Source of the DNA: an uncultured Actinomycetes bacterium
GTDB taxonomy: Bacteria; Actinomycetota; Thermoleophilia; Solirubrobacterales; Solirubrobacteraceae
NCBI GenBank assembly: GCA_963751065.1
Contig: CAVVTD010000008.1
Span: 4,764 to 68,763 of the forward strand
Length of the DNA: 64,000 nucleotides
Direction: 5' to 3'
Positions 32,694-41,943 of the stretch are shown one piece after another. A model generated the notes under the pieces. That model did no database searches, had not been told where the DNA came from, and saw nothing but the letters and a program-made list of their open reading frames with translations. The translations under genes and the position numbers were made by a program. Each line of letters begins with the position of its first letter. Within the stretch, counting starts at the first letter, position 1.

Positions 32694-35600
32694 TCACTCC
32701 ATCCCCATCGCGCAGTACTCCGCCATCGCCATCGCGGTCAGGTGCGGCCGCCGGATGACGCTCGTCGGGAAGACGCTCGCGTCGCAGGCGTAGAGGTTGC
32801 GGCAGCCGTGGACGCGAAGGTCGGGATCGACCACGCCGTCGTGCGGGTCGCGGCTCATCGGCGCGCCGCCCTGGGGCCGCGCGCTGATCGCCAGCCCCCG
32901 CGATGACGTCAGCGATGGCGCGAGCGCCTGCAGCTGCGCGACCGACGCGAACTCCTGGTACACCGGCGTGGCGGGCATGACGCGCCGCGCGCCCACGGCG
33001 AACAGGATCCGGCCGACGACCTCGAGGCGCTCGGTGAGCCGGGCGAGCTCCGGGCCGGTGAGGTGAAACTGCGTCGCCCGTCGCGACCAGTACGGCGAGC
33101 GCCCCGACCGGTCGGTGCCGAGATGTACCCGCATCGCGGCCATGTGGCGGTAGCGGCGCATGTTCTCCTCGTGGCGATCGAACGTGCCGGGCATCGCCAT
33201 CGACTGCAGCCAGACGGGAGACCAGGTGGACTCGACGACGAACTTCGGCTGGTCCGGGCAGAGGTCTGTCATGAGCTGCACGCCGACATGGGCATCGAGC
33301 TGCTCGTCGAAGTCCGCGGTCAGCGTCGAGGCGAGGTTGAACGAGAAGCTGCGCCCGCGGCTGATCGCGCTACGGCGCAGCAGATGGGCGCAGCCGAGCG
33401 CCCCCGCCGCGAGCACCACGGTCTTCGCGTGGATCGTCAGCTCGCGGCCGTCGCGCATGCGGCATGCGACGCCACGCGGCTCGCCGTCTTCCATGAGGAT
33501 TCGCTGGACCTCGCAGCCGGGCATGACCTCGAGGTGGTCGCCGAAGCGCCGCTGGCCCCACGGCAGGAGCGTGTCGAGCGCGGCGACGCTGCGGACTGAG
33601 AGGTCCGGCGGTGCCTCGTCGGGCCGGGTCAGCGTCCCGGTCGGCGTGTAGCCGAGCTGTTGGATGCCCTCCTGCAGCAGCACGGCGGCGCGGCTGAACG
33701 GGCCGGCGGGTCGGTCGATCCCGGGCAGCCAGGTGAGCACCTGCTGCCAGGATTCGTGGAACCGCTGCTCGTCGAGGCCGAACTCGTCGACCCACTGCTT
33801 GACCACCATCGGCGCGACCGACGACCACGTCGGGTAGCGCACCGGGCAGTCGCCGCCGAGCGTGGAAATGCGGTGCGCGCGCGCGTCGAGGTCGCCGAGC
33901 ACGTCCAGGCTGCCGTCGCCCAGCAGGTCGGGCAGCGTCTGCAGCGCGTCGCTCGTGTCGCGTGCCGGGTCGATCTCGGTCCCGCGTTCGAGGATGATCG
34001 TGCGCAATCCGCGCTCGGCGAGCCGGTAGGCGATGAGGGCTCCGGCGGCCCCGCTGCCGACCACCACGGCGTCGACCGTGTGACGGCCGTGGTCGTCCGG
34101 GCGCCGCTGCGTGATCGAGGGATGGGTCAGCATCGGCACGATGCCGCTGGGTGCAACGGCCGGCCCGGCGATCTGCTCGGCAACCTCGGGGTTGGCGAAG
34201 TAGCCCAGCGAGCAGAGCTGGTGCGCCGTGCGCTCGACGGATGGGCGTAGACGCCCCATCCCGCGCCAGCTGCCGTGCAGCAGCCGCCGGCGGTCCTCGA
34301 CGGCGATGAGCGAGAACGACGGGCGCGCGTGCAGGATCGGCAGCAGCGCCACGAGGTCGAGCGCAAGCCGGGCGCGCCGCAGCGACAGCTTGCTCGAGTC
34401 GTGCAGGTGGACGCCGTGCAGGTAGGCGTCCACGTTGTGCGCGACCCGTGCCGGCGGCACGAGCGAATCGGCGCCGTGGACCGTCTCGCTCAGCGCCTGC
34501 AGCGTACGGTGCTGGCCCGGCGTGAGCAGTTGCAGCCCGAAGCGCGTGCGGTAGGCCCGGCGCGAGAGTCGCCCGACCGCGACGACGATCGCGGCATCGA
34601 TCGCGAACCACAGCAACGCGAACGCGAGGATGTCCTCGGACGGCGAGGTGCCTGCTTCCCCCGACACGATGAGCGCGGCGACGGCGGCGGCCTCGACGAC
34701 CAGCACCCAGGTGAGCAGCTCGACGAGCGCGCCGAAGCGGCGCACGTCCGAGGCCGCGAGCGCGAACAGCGCGCCGAGCAGGATGCTGCGCGTGATGATC
34801 GCGACGGCCGTCGGTTCGAGCATGCCCTCGAGCGTCGGGATCAGCATGCCGCCGTCGATCGTCGTCGGGGCGATCAGCGGCACGAAGGCGAGTGCGAAGA
34901 CGACCGACAGCACCCGCAGCAGCCGGCTCAGCCGCTGCTCGTCCGGAACGGCCTCGAGCGCACGCGCGGCGTGCAGCGACTGCCAGGCGCGGCCGTCTTC
35001 GCCGGCCGACGGCGTGTGCTCCGATTCCGTTGAGGCCCCGTCGGGTGCGGCGGACGGCACCGGCGCCGGCTCGCCCGGCGACCCGGGCTGGGCCGGGTCC
35101 TGGGCAGTCAGCGTCGCCTCGATGTCCGTCAGCGCTCGCGCGACCGCGGCCGTGGGCAGGCTCGTCAGGTACGCGACCTGTGACGTGTCCGCGTCGGCGA
35201 GGACGTCGCGCTGGTCGCTGCCGGCGCCCGCCTCGCTGACGCGGTCGAGGTGGGCGAGCACCCGCTGCGTCGAAGGGTCCTGGAGCTGCTCGGCAACAGC
35301 GGACAGCGCCTCGTTGCTCGGGCTCGCGACGATGTTCCCGGCCGGGTGATAGGCGGTCCACAGGCCCTCGCGAAACTGCCCGCATGCGAGCGCTACGGCG
35401 GCCGATCCGTCGCGCAGGACGCCGTGTTGCTCGGTGTCGAGGCGCTGCACCCGCTCGAAGGCCGCGCGCAGCATCGGCGGCCACGACATCGCCTTCGCCT
35501 TGCGCGTGGCGATCCACGTGAGTGCTCGCACGTCCGGGTGCCCCGGCAGCACGGACTGCAGGCCGGCGACGAGGCCGTCGATCGGCTCGCCCTCACGAAG

Positions 35601-36416
35601 CAGCAGATGCGCCAGCAGGATCGCATTCATCGGCGCGCGCTCGATGTCGCCCGCCAGCGTGGCGAGGTCGGGCGTGCTCAGCGGCCGCGGCGGCGTGCGC
35701 AACCGCCACAGCAGGGCCTCGGTCGCCGATCCGGACGGCGCGTCGCTGTGCCATCCGTCGCGCATCCGAACGAGGTGCACGGACGCATCGGCGAACGCGG
35801 GGCCGCTCGGACCGTGGGAGACGAAGACGACGGTCTGCCAGCCGTCGCAGAGCCACAGCGGCTGCTCGAGCAGCGGCGAGAGATCCGCGGGGAGCTTTGC
35901 GCGCGGCCCGCGCAGCACGACGCCCCGCTTCGCGGCGACCGTGCCGACGATCCACTCGCCGCTCGGGTCGGCCGTCACGCTCAGCTCCAGCTCGGCGCCG
36001 TCGCGGATCACCGCCACGTCGTCGAACGTGGGCGCCCCGCCGTCGTCGCCGAGCTTGCGGATCATGAGCACCAGGCCGCTCTGCGCCCCGCTCGCGGTGA
36101 GCGTCGCGCTCGCGTGCTCGGCAGCCTCCGCGTGGCGGCGATCGGTGCTGCGCGCGCCACGCACGGGCGCGGCGCACGACATCGAGAGGTCGATAGCGTC
36201 GCGCACGTACTCGTCGCCGGCCTCGAGCGCGACGAGCTGTCGCTCGACGCTGTCGCCCGCCCGGTACTCGAGCTGGTACACGCCGGGGTCGAGCTCGGCG
36301 TCGAGCCCGCCAAGCCCCGAGACGACGGTCGACCGCGAGCGGTCGGCGACGCTGAGCTCCGTCCACGGCGAGTTGGCGCGAAGCGTGATGCGGGTGGTTG
36401 CCGCGGGAGAGAGCAC
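32694..36416 (-). CDS. 1240-aa multidomain membrane protein: unassigned N-domain(s), Pro-rich linker, ~4 TM helices, Gluconate_2-dh3-like segment, C-terminal GMC family FAD oxidoreductase
   Basis: GTG 36416 is preceded by AGGGA. Hydrophobic segments lie at about aa 499-615. The dinucleotide fold is VDAVVVGSGAAGALIAYRLAERG. The GMC C-terminal block is VVDPDLRVHGCRNLYACDASVFPT. Confidence 0.8.
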   Translation of the reverse strand: MLSPAATTRITLRANSPWTELSVADRSRSTVVSGLGGLDAELDPGVYQLEYRAGDSVERQLVALEAGDEYVRDAIDLSMSCAAPVRGARSTDRRHAEAAEHASATLTASGAQSGLVLMIRKLGDDGGAPTFDDVAVIRDGAELELSVTADPSGEWIVGTVAAKRGVVLRGPRAKLPADLSPLLEQPLWLCDGWQTVVFVSHGPSGPAFADASVHLVRMRDGWHSDAPSGSATEALLWRLRTPPRPLSTPDLATLAGDIERAPMNAILLAHLLLREGEPIDGLVAGLQSVLPGHPDVRALTWIATRKAKAMSWPPMLRAAFERVQRLDTEQHGVLRDGSAAVALACGQFREGLWTAYHPAGNIVASPSNEALSAVAEQLQDPSTQRVLAHLDRVSEAGAGSDQRDVLADADTSQVAYLTSLPTAAVARALTDIEATLTAQDPAQPGSPGEPAPVPSAAPDGASTESEHTPSAGEDGRAWQSLHAARALEAVPDEQRLSRLLRVLSVVFALAFVPLIAPTTIDGGMLIPTLEGMLEPTAVAIITRSILLGALFALAASDVRRFGALVELLTWVLVVEAAAVAALIVSGEAGTSPSEDILAFALLWFAIDAAIVVAVGRLSRRAYRTRFGLQLLTPGQHRTLQALSETVHGADSLVPPARVAHNVDAYLHGVHLHDSSKLSLRRARLALDLVALLPILHARPSFSLIAVEDRRRLLHGSWRGMGRLRPSVERTAHQLCSLGYFANPEVAEQIAGPAVAPSGIVPMLTHPSITQRRPDDHGRHTVDAVVVGSGAAGALIAYRLAERGLRTIILERGTEIDPARDTSDALQTLPDLLGDGSLDVLGDLDARAHRISTLGGDCPVRYPTWSSVAPMVVKQWVDEFGLDEQRFHESWQQVLTWLPGIDRPAGPFSRAAVLLQEGIQQLGYTPTGTLTRPDEAPPDLSVRSVAALDTLLPWGQRRFGDHLEVMPGCEVQRILMEDGEPRGVACRMRDGRELTIHAKTVVLAAGALGCAHLLRRSAISRGRSFSFNLASTLTADFDEQLDAHVGVQLMTDLCPDQPKFVVESTWSPVWLQSMAMPGTFDRHEENMRRYRHMAAMRVHLGTDRSGRSPYWSRRATQFHLTGPELARLTERLEVVGRILFAVGARRVMPATPVYQEFASVAQLQALAPSLTSSRGLAISARPQGGAPMSRDPHDGVVDPDLRVHGCRNLYACDASVFPTSVIRRPHLTAMAMAEYCAMGME

Positions 36417-36423
36417 AGCGTCC

Positions 36424-37488
36424 CTATCCGGCGACCTGGAGCGCGAGCTCGCAGTCGCGGGCGATCACGCGAAACGCCCCGCCGTTCGCGAACGCCTGGC
36501 CGCCGTTGACCGGCCCGATCGTGTAGTCGGCCTCCGGAAGGTCGAGCGTCAACGGCCCCTGCGCCGGGTCCCAGGTCCGGACGTCCTCGTGGTCGCGCTG
36601 GAGGTGCACCTGGCCCGCATATCCGTCCGGGAAGCGGATCGTCATCTTCCGGCTGAGTCGCGGCAGGCGCCCGAGCCCGGGTCGCACGACCATCGGATCG
36701 CGCAGGTTGACGGGGAAGTCCGGCGTCTGCTCGTAGGCCTGTCCGGCGGTCATCTCGTGGACGTGATCGCCGATGTAGGTGCTGAGCTTGTCGGTACGGA
36801 TCTCCCCGGTCTCGGGGTCGGCCGCGCCGCCGCGCAGGCCGTCGACGAGCGCCGCGGTGAAATAGCCGCGAAAGCGGTCCGGCTGCTCGTACGCCGCTTC
36901 GGCGTACGACGTCGCGAACGCCATGACGAGCTTCGCGTCGCCGTGGCGCCGGCGCGGCTGGCCGAGACGCAGCCCCAGAGACGGCGCGAGCGGGCGCTGG
37001 TCGCGGCAGCAGTCGGCCAGCAGCAGCACCTCCTTGAACAGCCCCGCCGACCGATACCAGGCGTGCACGGCGGAGAACTCGATCATGTCCCAGAAGTTCT
37101 CCTTCGGGTACGCGTTGGCGCACAGCAGTGCGCCGGCTCCGCCGCTCGGCGCCACACCGTGCCCGGAGGCGTAGACGTACAGCCGCGAGTGCTCCCAGAT
37201 CGACCGGTCGGCATTCATCGCGGCCGTGAAGGTCTCGTTGATCTGGCCGAGCCTGCTCTCGACGTCGACCGACGTCGGTCGCGCGTCCCAGTTCGTGCGA
37301 AACCCCTCCTCCTCCACGGGCTTGGCGTGGACGCTGTGGATGTTGCGCTCTGGGACACGCCCGCCCTGCTCGTCGACGAGCCACGCATGGAAGGCCTCGG
37401 CGTCCTTGCGCGGCCCGGCCAGATCGGACAGGCCGGGGTAGCGGTTGATACCGATGACGACCGCGTAGTGGTGCTCCGTGTCCATCAT
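36424..37488 (-). CDS. caspase-like peptidase (clan CD, C14 family-like) with beta-rich C-terminal module
   Basis: Blocks seen: YAVVIGINRYPGLSDLAGPRKDAEAF, YVYASGHG (His codon 37159-37161), LLLADCC (Cys codons about 37006-37011). The start ATG shares 1 nt with the upstream stop. Confidence 0.75.
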   Translation of the reverse strand: MMDTEHHYAVVIGINRYPGLSDLAGPRKDAEAFHAWLVDEQGGRVPERNIHSVHAKPVEEEGFRTNWDARPTSVDVESRLGQINETFTAAMNADRSIWEHSRLYVYASGHGVAPSGGAGALLCANAYPKENFWDMIEFSAVHAWYRSAGLFKEVLLLADCCRDQRPLAPSLGLRLGQPRRRHGDAKLVMAFATSYAEAAYEQPDRFRGYFTAALVDGLRGGAADPETGEIRTDKLSTYIGDHVHEMTAGQAYEQTPDFPVNLRDPMVVRPGLGRLPRLSRKMTIRFPDGYAGQVHLQRDHEDVRTWDPAQGPLTLDLPEADYTIGPVNGGQAFANGGAFRVIARDCELALQVAG

Positions 37489-38969
37489 CACTCCTCGGCG
37501 ATGAACACCTTCAGGCTGGCCTGCACCTGGGGATCCTCGTCGAACGCGCCGTGCTGCTCGGCGCCCGCGGAGAGGCCGGGGCCGCCGTCGATCGGCGACC
37601 ACACGATCTGGTCGCCCGCAGCGGCGAGGTAGGCGCGCACGGCGGTCAGCTCGGCGAGCTCGGACGCCGGGCCCTCGACCCAGCGCTGCAGGCCGACGAC
37701 CGGCTTGCCCGCCTCGCTGTCGCCCTCGGCGTCGCGCTCGAGCAGGCCCGAGACGAAGTACAGCAGCGAGTGCGGGTACACGAGCGGGACGAGCCGGTCG
37801 CGGCGCTCGGCGGCGTCGTTCATCGTGAACATCCGGAAGCGCTCCCAGAGGTGGTCCCAGCCGTCGACGACCGCGGCGAAATCCGTGAACGTGCAGGCGG
37901 GCGCGAGGAACACGATGCGGCGGAAGCGGAAGTCCGCGGGCAGTCCGCCGCCGGCGCCGCGCTCGCGCTCGACGGTCGCCATGAGGTTGTTGATGAACAC
38001 CGCACCGGTGCTGTGGCCGACCGCCGTGATGTCCGGCACCGGCCCGGCGTTGATCGCGTTCGTCAGCGCCGTAAGAAAGCGCGCGCCGCCGCGCGGCGGG
38101 CCGCCGTTGGCGACCGGCTGGAACGTGTCGAGCGTCTCGCGCTTCATCGCCGTCCAGATCGCGGTCACCGCGGGGCCGAGATAGAACTCGCGCAGGAGCT
38201 CCTCGACGACGGTGGCGTACAGGCCGTGGTCGCGGCCCTGGCGGTAGCGCCGCACGACCGCGCGGACCACTCGGGTCGCCTTGCGCGCCAGGACGGCCGC
38301 CTCGAAGATGCCCTTCGCTCCGTCGCCGCCGGTGTCGCCGCGCAGGTCGGCGACCGCGTCGGGGTCGAGCAGCGTCGGTTTTCGCGTGCCGTCGCCGGCA
38401 AATGCGCCCTTCGCGCCGCCGGCGTCCGCGCCGACCGCGGTGCTCACGGCGGCCAGCAGCGGCTCGTCGTTGGCGATGTCGAACTCGAACTCGTCGAGCT
38501 CCTCGATCGTGAGCTCGGGGAGCTCGCCGGCGGGCACGAGCTCGTCGAAGGGCACCTCGTGGCGCTCGAGGCGGTCGAGCTGGTCGTCGACCTCGCGCGG
38601 CGAGAGCGGCCCCGCGCCGGCGCTCTTCGCGCCGCTGGAGTCCGTCATGCGCCCGCCGAGATGGCCGGTGGTGGTCCGCAGCAGCCGGTTGAAGATCTCG
38701 TCCTTGGCGATCTCCGGGAGGTTGCGCAGGATCGACGGCACGTCGCTGCGCCAGATGAAGAAGATCGGGTAGGCGCCCGCCTCGGCGTAGACGGGCAGGA
38801 GGTTCTCGGCCACGCGGCGGCCGCTCTTTTCCGACACGAGGCCGCCGTGGAAGTGCACGACGCCCTTGCCACTGGCGACAAGCGCCCGGACCATCTCGTC
38901 AACCCGCTCGGGCGCGGTGACGAGCGCCCCGTCCTTGCCCGTGACGATGATGTGATCGTCCAGGTTCAT
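37488..38969 (-). CDS. alpha/beta hydrolase-like protein with a long acidic/helical insert
   Basis: VVHFHGG (oxyanion-hole type) and AVGHSTGA (GxSxG, Ser codon 38010-38012) are separated by about 270 aa. The C-terminus has EQHGAFD. Start taken at ATG 38969; GTG 39005 is possible. Confidence 0.65.
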   Translation of the reverse strand: MNLDDHIIVTGKDGALVTAPERVDEMVRALVASGKGVVHFHGGLVSEKSGRRVAENLLPVYAEAGAYPIFFIWRSDVPSILRNLPEIAKDEIFNRLLRTTTGHLGGRMTDSSGAKSAGAGPLSPREVDDQLDRLERHEVPFDELVPAGELPELTIEELDEFEFDIANDEPLLAAVSTAVGADAGGAKGAFAGDGTRKPTLLDPDAVADLRGDTGGDGAKGIFEAAVLARKATRVVRAVVRRYRQGRDHGLYATVVEELLREFYLGPAVTAIWTAMKRETLDTFQPVANGGPPRGGARFLTALTNAINAGPVPDITAVGHSTGAVFINNLMATVERERGAGGGLPADFRFRRIVFLAPACTFTDFAAVVDGWDHLWERFRMFTMNDAAERRDRLVPLVYPHSLLYFVSGLLERDAEGDSEAGKPVVGLQRWVEGPASELAELTAVRAYLAAAGDQIVWSPIDGGPGLSAGAEQHGAFDEDPQVQASLKVFIAEE

Positions 38970-39025
38970 GCCACTACAGAGCAGGCACCGTGCCGCCAGA
39001 TACACGGACGCGCGAAGCTTGTGCG

Positions 39026-40432
39026 CTAGCGCGTCGCGCCGGTGATGCGAAAGCCGTCGGCGCGCAGCGCGGGGCAGACGACGCCGTGCGCGAAGCGGCG
39101 GCCGTAGAACTCGCCCTCGCTGACGAGCTGGCGCTCCTCTGTGAGCGCCTGGGTCGCGCTGAGCAGCCGCAGGACGGAGTCGGTGAAGCGCACGTCCTTC
39201 AGCGGCCGGGCGACGGCGCCGTCCTCGATGAGGAACGTGCCCTCGCGCGTCATGCCGGTGAGCAGGGTCTCCTTGTCGCGCACCGTGTTGACGTACCACA
39301 GGCGCGTCACGTAGATGCCGCGCTCGATCGGGGCGACGAGCTCGTCGATGCCGGCGGCGTCGCCGCCGGCGAGCACGAGGTTCGTGGGGGAGGGGCCGTA
39401 GGGCGAGCCGCCGGGCTGCGTGGCGTGGCCGGTGGAGCGCGTCCCGTCGCCGGCGAGCGCCGCGGAGCGCAGGTCGTGCACGACGCCGGTGGCGACGCCG
39501 CCCTCGATGAGGCCGACGCGCTGCTTCGGCGTGCCCTCGAAGTCGAAGCGGTGCGGCAGCGTGTGGGCGTCGGCGGCGTCGTCGCGCAGGTCGATCGACG
39601 GGGCGGCGACGGTTGTGCCGAGGCGCCCGCTCAGCGCGCCGCGGCCCTCGGCGTGGGTGAGGCCGTTGTGGGCGAGCGCGCCGAGGAAGTCGAGCAGGAC
39701 GCCCACCGCGGCCGGCTCGAGGACGACCGGGTACTCGCCGGGCCCGAGCTCGGCGAGCGGCTCGCCGCCGACCTTGCGCGCGGCGCGGCGGGCCACCTCG
39801 CCGGGGTCGATCGCGCCGGCGGCGGTTGCCGTCGCCGAGGCGAAGCCGCTGCGCCCGTCGGGAGCGCGGCAGATGACCTTCATGAACGCATCGGTCACCT
39901 CCTCGTCGAGCCGCAGGCCGCTCGTCGCCGCGATCGCGGTGCGCACGGCGCCGGCGGTCCAGACACCGAACGCCTCGAGGCCATGCTCGGCGGCGACGCC
40001 GAACGCCCGGCCCAGGGCAGTGCCCGCGCCGGCCGGGTCGAGTCGGGCGGTCTCGGCGTCGAAGCCGTCGGCCCAGGTGTGCGGCGCGGCCCTGCCGTCG
40101 ATGTGGGCGAGGCCGGGGTGGTTGCCCTCGCCCGAGCGCGCCGACGCGCGGGCGGCGGCGTCGGCGCGGCGCGCCGTGTCGCGCAGCGCGCCGTCGTCGA
40201 GGCGGTTCGTCGAGGCGAGCGCACTGTGCCCGTCGCGCACGACGAGGATCTCGACCGCGGTGTCGTCGATCTCGGTCGCCTGGGTCGGCGCCGAGCGCGC
40301 GAAGCGCGACATGAGCGAGCGCTCGCGCATGACCGTGACCTGCAGCTCGGCGCCGGTGCCGGTGCCGGTGTCGGCCAGCGCGAGGACGCGCTCGGCGATC
40401 TCCGGCGGGGAGCGCAGCGCGGTGGTGCTCAC
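39026..40432 (-). CDS. pmbA: TldE/PmbA family metalloprotease partner
   Basis: The 468-aa sequence has typical PmbA C-terminal blocks (GYPVVLEP, FDxEG, GIYVTRLWY) and no HExxxH. It starts 4 nt after the tldD stop. Confidence 0.8.
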   Translation of the reverse strand: MSTTALRSPPEIAERVLALADTGTGTGAELQVTVMRERSLMSRFARSAPTQATEIDDTAVEILVVRDGHSALASTNRLDDGALRDTARRADAAARASARSGEGNHPGLAHIDGRAAPHTWADGFDAETARLDPAGAGTALGRAFGVAAEHGLEAFGVWTAGAVRTAIAATSGLRLDEEVTDAFMKVICRAPDGRSGFASATATAAGAIDPGEVARRAARKVGGEPLAELGPGEYPVVLEPAAVGVLLDFLGALAHNGLTHAEGRGALSGRLGTTVAAPSIDLRDDAADAHTLPHRFDFEGTPKQRVGLIEGGVATGVVHDLRSAALAGDGTRSTGHATQPGGSPYGPSPTNLVLAGGDAAGIDELVAPIERGIYVTRLWYVNTVRDKETLLTGMTREGTFLIEDGAVARPLKDVRFTDSVLRLLSATQALTEERQLVSEGEFYGRRFAHGVVCPALRADGFRITGATR

Positions 40433-40436
40433 GTGC

Positions 40437-41873
40437 TCATGCCACCCCGACCTCGACGTCGCGAAAGCGCGCGGGCGCGGTGCCGTGCGAGACGCGCATG
40501 ACCTGACCGGGCTCGCCCTTGCCGCAGTTGCCGACGCCCCACAGCCGCCACGCCGGCGCCGAGCAGACGGCGTCCAGCCCGCTCCAGAACGTCGGCGTCA
40601 CGCCGGCGTAGGAGGCGTTGCGCAGCAGGCGCCCCAGCTCGCCGCCGCGGATCTCGCGCGCGACCTCGGTCCCGAACTGGAAGTGCAGGCGGCGGTCGTC
40701 GATCGACCACGAGCGGTTGGTCTCCAGGTACAGGCCGCTGTCGGTGTCGGCGACGAGGTCGGCGAGCGAGCCGGCGTCGCCGGGCTCGATGGAGACGTTC
40801 GTCATGCGCACGATCGGCTGCCGCGCGAAGCCGTCCGCGCGCGCGCAGCCGCCGGATCGCTCGAGCCCGACCGCCGCCGCCGAGCCGCGATCGGAGAGCG
40901 CGGCGCGCAACACGCCGTGTTCGATGAGCGGCGTACGCGCGGCGGCGACGCCCTCGTCGTCCCAGCCGAACGTGCCCAGCCCGCCGGGCAGCGTCGCGTC
41001 GGCGGTGATGTTCAGCCGCTCGGAGCCGTAGCGCAGCGTGCCGAGGTCGCCAGGGCCGACCCAGCTCGTGCCCGCGTAGGAGGCCTCCATGAGCAGCATC
41101 CGATCGAGCTCGAGGGCGTGGCCAATCGACTCGTGGATCTGCAGCGCGAGCTGCTCGCCGCCGAGGATCACGGTCATCCGCCCGGCCGGGCACTCGGGCG
41201 CGCTGAGCAGCTCGACCGCCTCCGCGGCGATGCGCGGCGCATGGCCGGCGAGGTCGAAGGCGAGCACGTGCTCCCAGCCGGCGCAGGCCGCCGAGCCGCC
41301 ATGCGCGCCGGGGTAGGAGCGCACCTGCAGCTCGTCGCCGTCGACGGCGATCGCGGCAACCGACGCGCCGCACTCGACGCGCTCCTGGGTGCAGGCCGCG
41401 CCGTCGCTGGAGGCGAAGGCAGTGCGCACCCGGCGGCTCGCGCACGACGCGTCGGAGCGCACGACGCGCGGGTCCCCGCGCAGCGCCTCCTCGGCGTCGC
41501 AGAGCAGCTCGAGCTTGTCCTCGAGCGAGACGTCGAAGGGATCCTGTACGTGTTCGCCGCGCCAGTGGCCTGTGGCGGCCGGCACCGGCGCCAGGGGGCC
41601 CATCGGCGCGGCGGGCTGGCTCTCGGCGATGGCCAGCGCGCGGGCCAGCGCGCGCTCGGCGCCGGCGCGCGTGGTCTCGCGCGTCGCGGCGAAGCCCCAG
41701 CCGCCGCCGGCGCGCACGCGCACGCCGATCCCGTCGGCGGACGTGCTGTCGACGTGGTCGACGCGTCCGTTGCGAACGAGGATGTCCTCGGCGTCGGTGG
41801 CGACGTGGCGGGCCTCGGCGTACGTGCAGCGCGACGGCGCCGCGGCGAGGACCTCCGTCAGCAGGTCGAGCAT
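40437..41873 (-). CDS. tldD: TldD family metalloprotease
   Basis: Blocks seen: IHESIGHALE (HExxxH), GWDDEGV, GLYLETNRSWSIDD. Start at ATG 41873 (MLDLLTEVL). Confidence 0.85.
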   Translation of the reverse strand: MLDLLTEVLAAAPSRCTYAEARHVATDAEDILVRNGRVDHVDSTSADGIGVRVRAGGGWGFAATRETTRAGAERALARALAIAESQPAAPMGPLAPVPAATGHWRGEHVQDPFDVSLEDKLELLCDAEEALRGDPRVVRSDASCASRRVRTAFASSDGAACTQERVECGASVAAIAVDGDELQVRSYPGAHGGSAACAGWEHVLAFDLAGHAPRIAAEAVELLSAPECPAGRMTVILGGEQLALQIHESIGHALELDRMLLMEASYAGTSWVGPGDLGTLRYGSERLNITADATLPGGLGTFGWDDEGVAAARTPLIEHGVLRAALSDRGSAAAVGLERSGGCARADGFARQPIVRMTNVSIEPGDAGSLADLVADTDSGLYLETNRSWSIDDRRLHFQFGTEVAREIRGGELGRLLRNASYAGVTPTFWSGLDAVCSAPAWRLWGVGNCGKGEPGQVMRVSHGTAPARFRDVEVGVA

Positions 41874-41943
41874 CGCGGCAGTATCCCGCCGGGCGCGCGT
41901 CGTCGCACCACGACGTAGCATCGAGCTGGTGATGGTTCGTGAC

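Noticed and set aside
33370-35517. 715-aa alternative-frame ORF inside the 1240-aa gene, plus ORFs 35250..36509 and 35434..37632 on the other strand
   Set aside because: These are Arg/Pro/Ala-dominated sequences. The chosen frame has TM helices, the GxGxxG fold and GMC blocks.
39026-41873. tldD/pmbA as part of a microcin/RiPP cluster
   Set aside because: No precursor-like small ORF, cyclodehydratase, dehydrogenase or exporter lies nearby. TldD/PmbA pairs are widespread housekeeping genes.
38990-41918. 503-aa and 832-aa plus-strand ORFs over pmbA/tldD
   Set aside because: They are antisense GC artefacts. The minus strand carries HExxxH TldD and intact PmbA.
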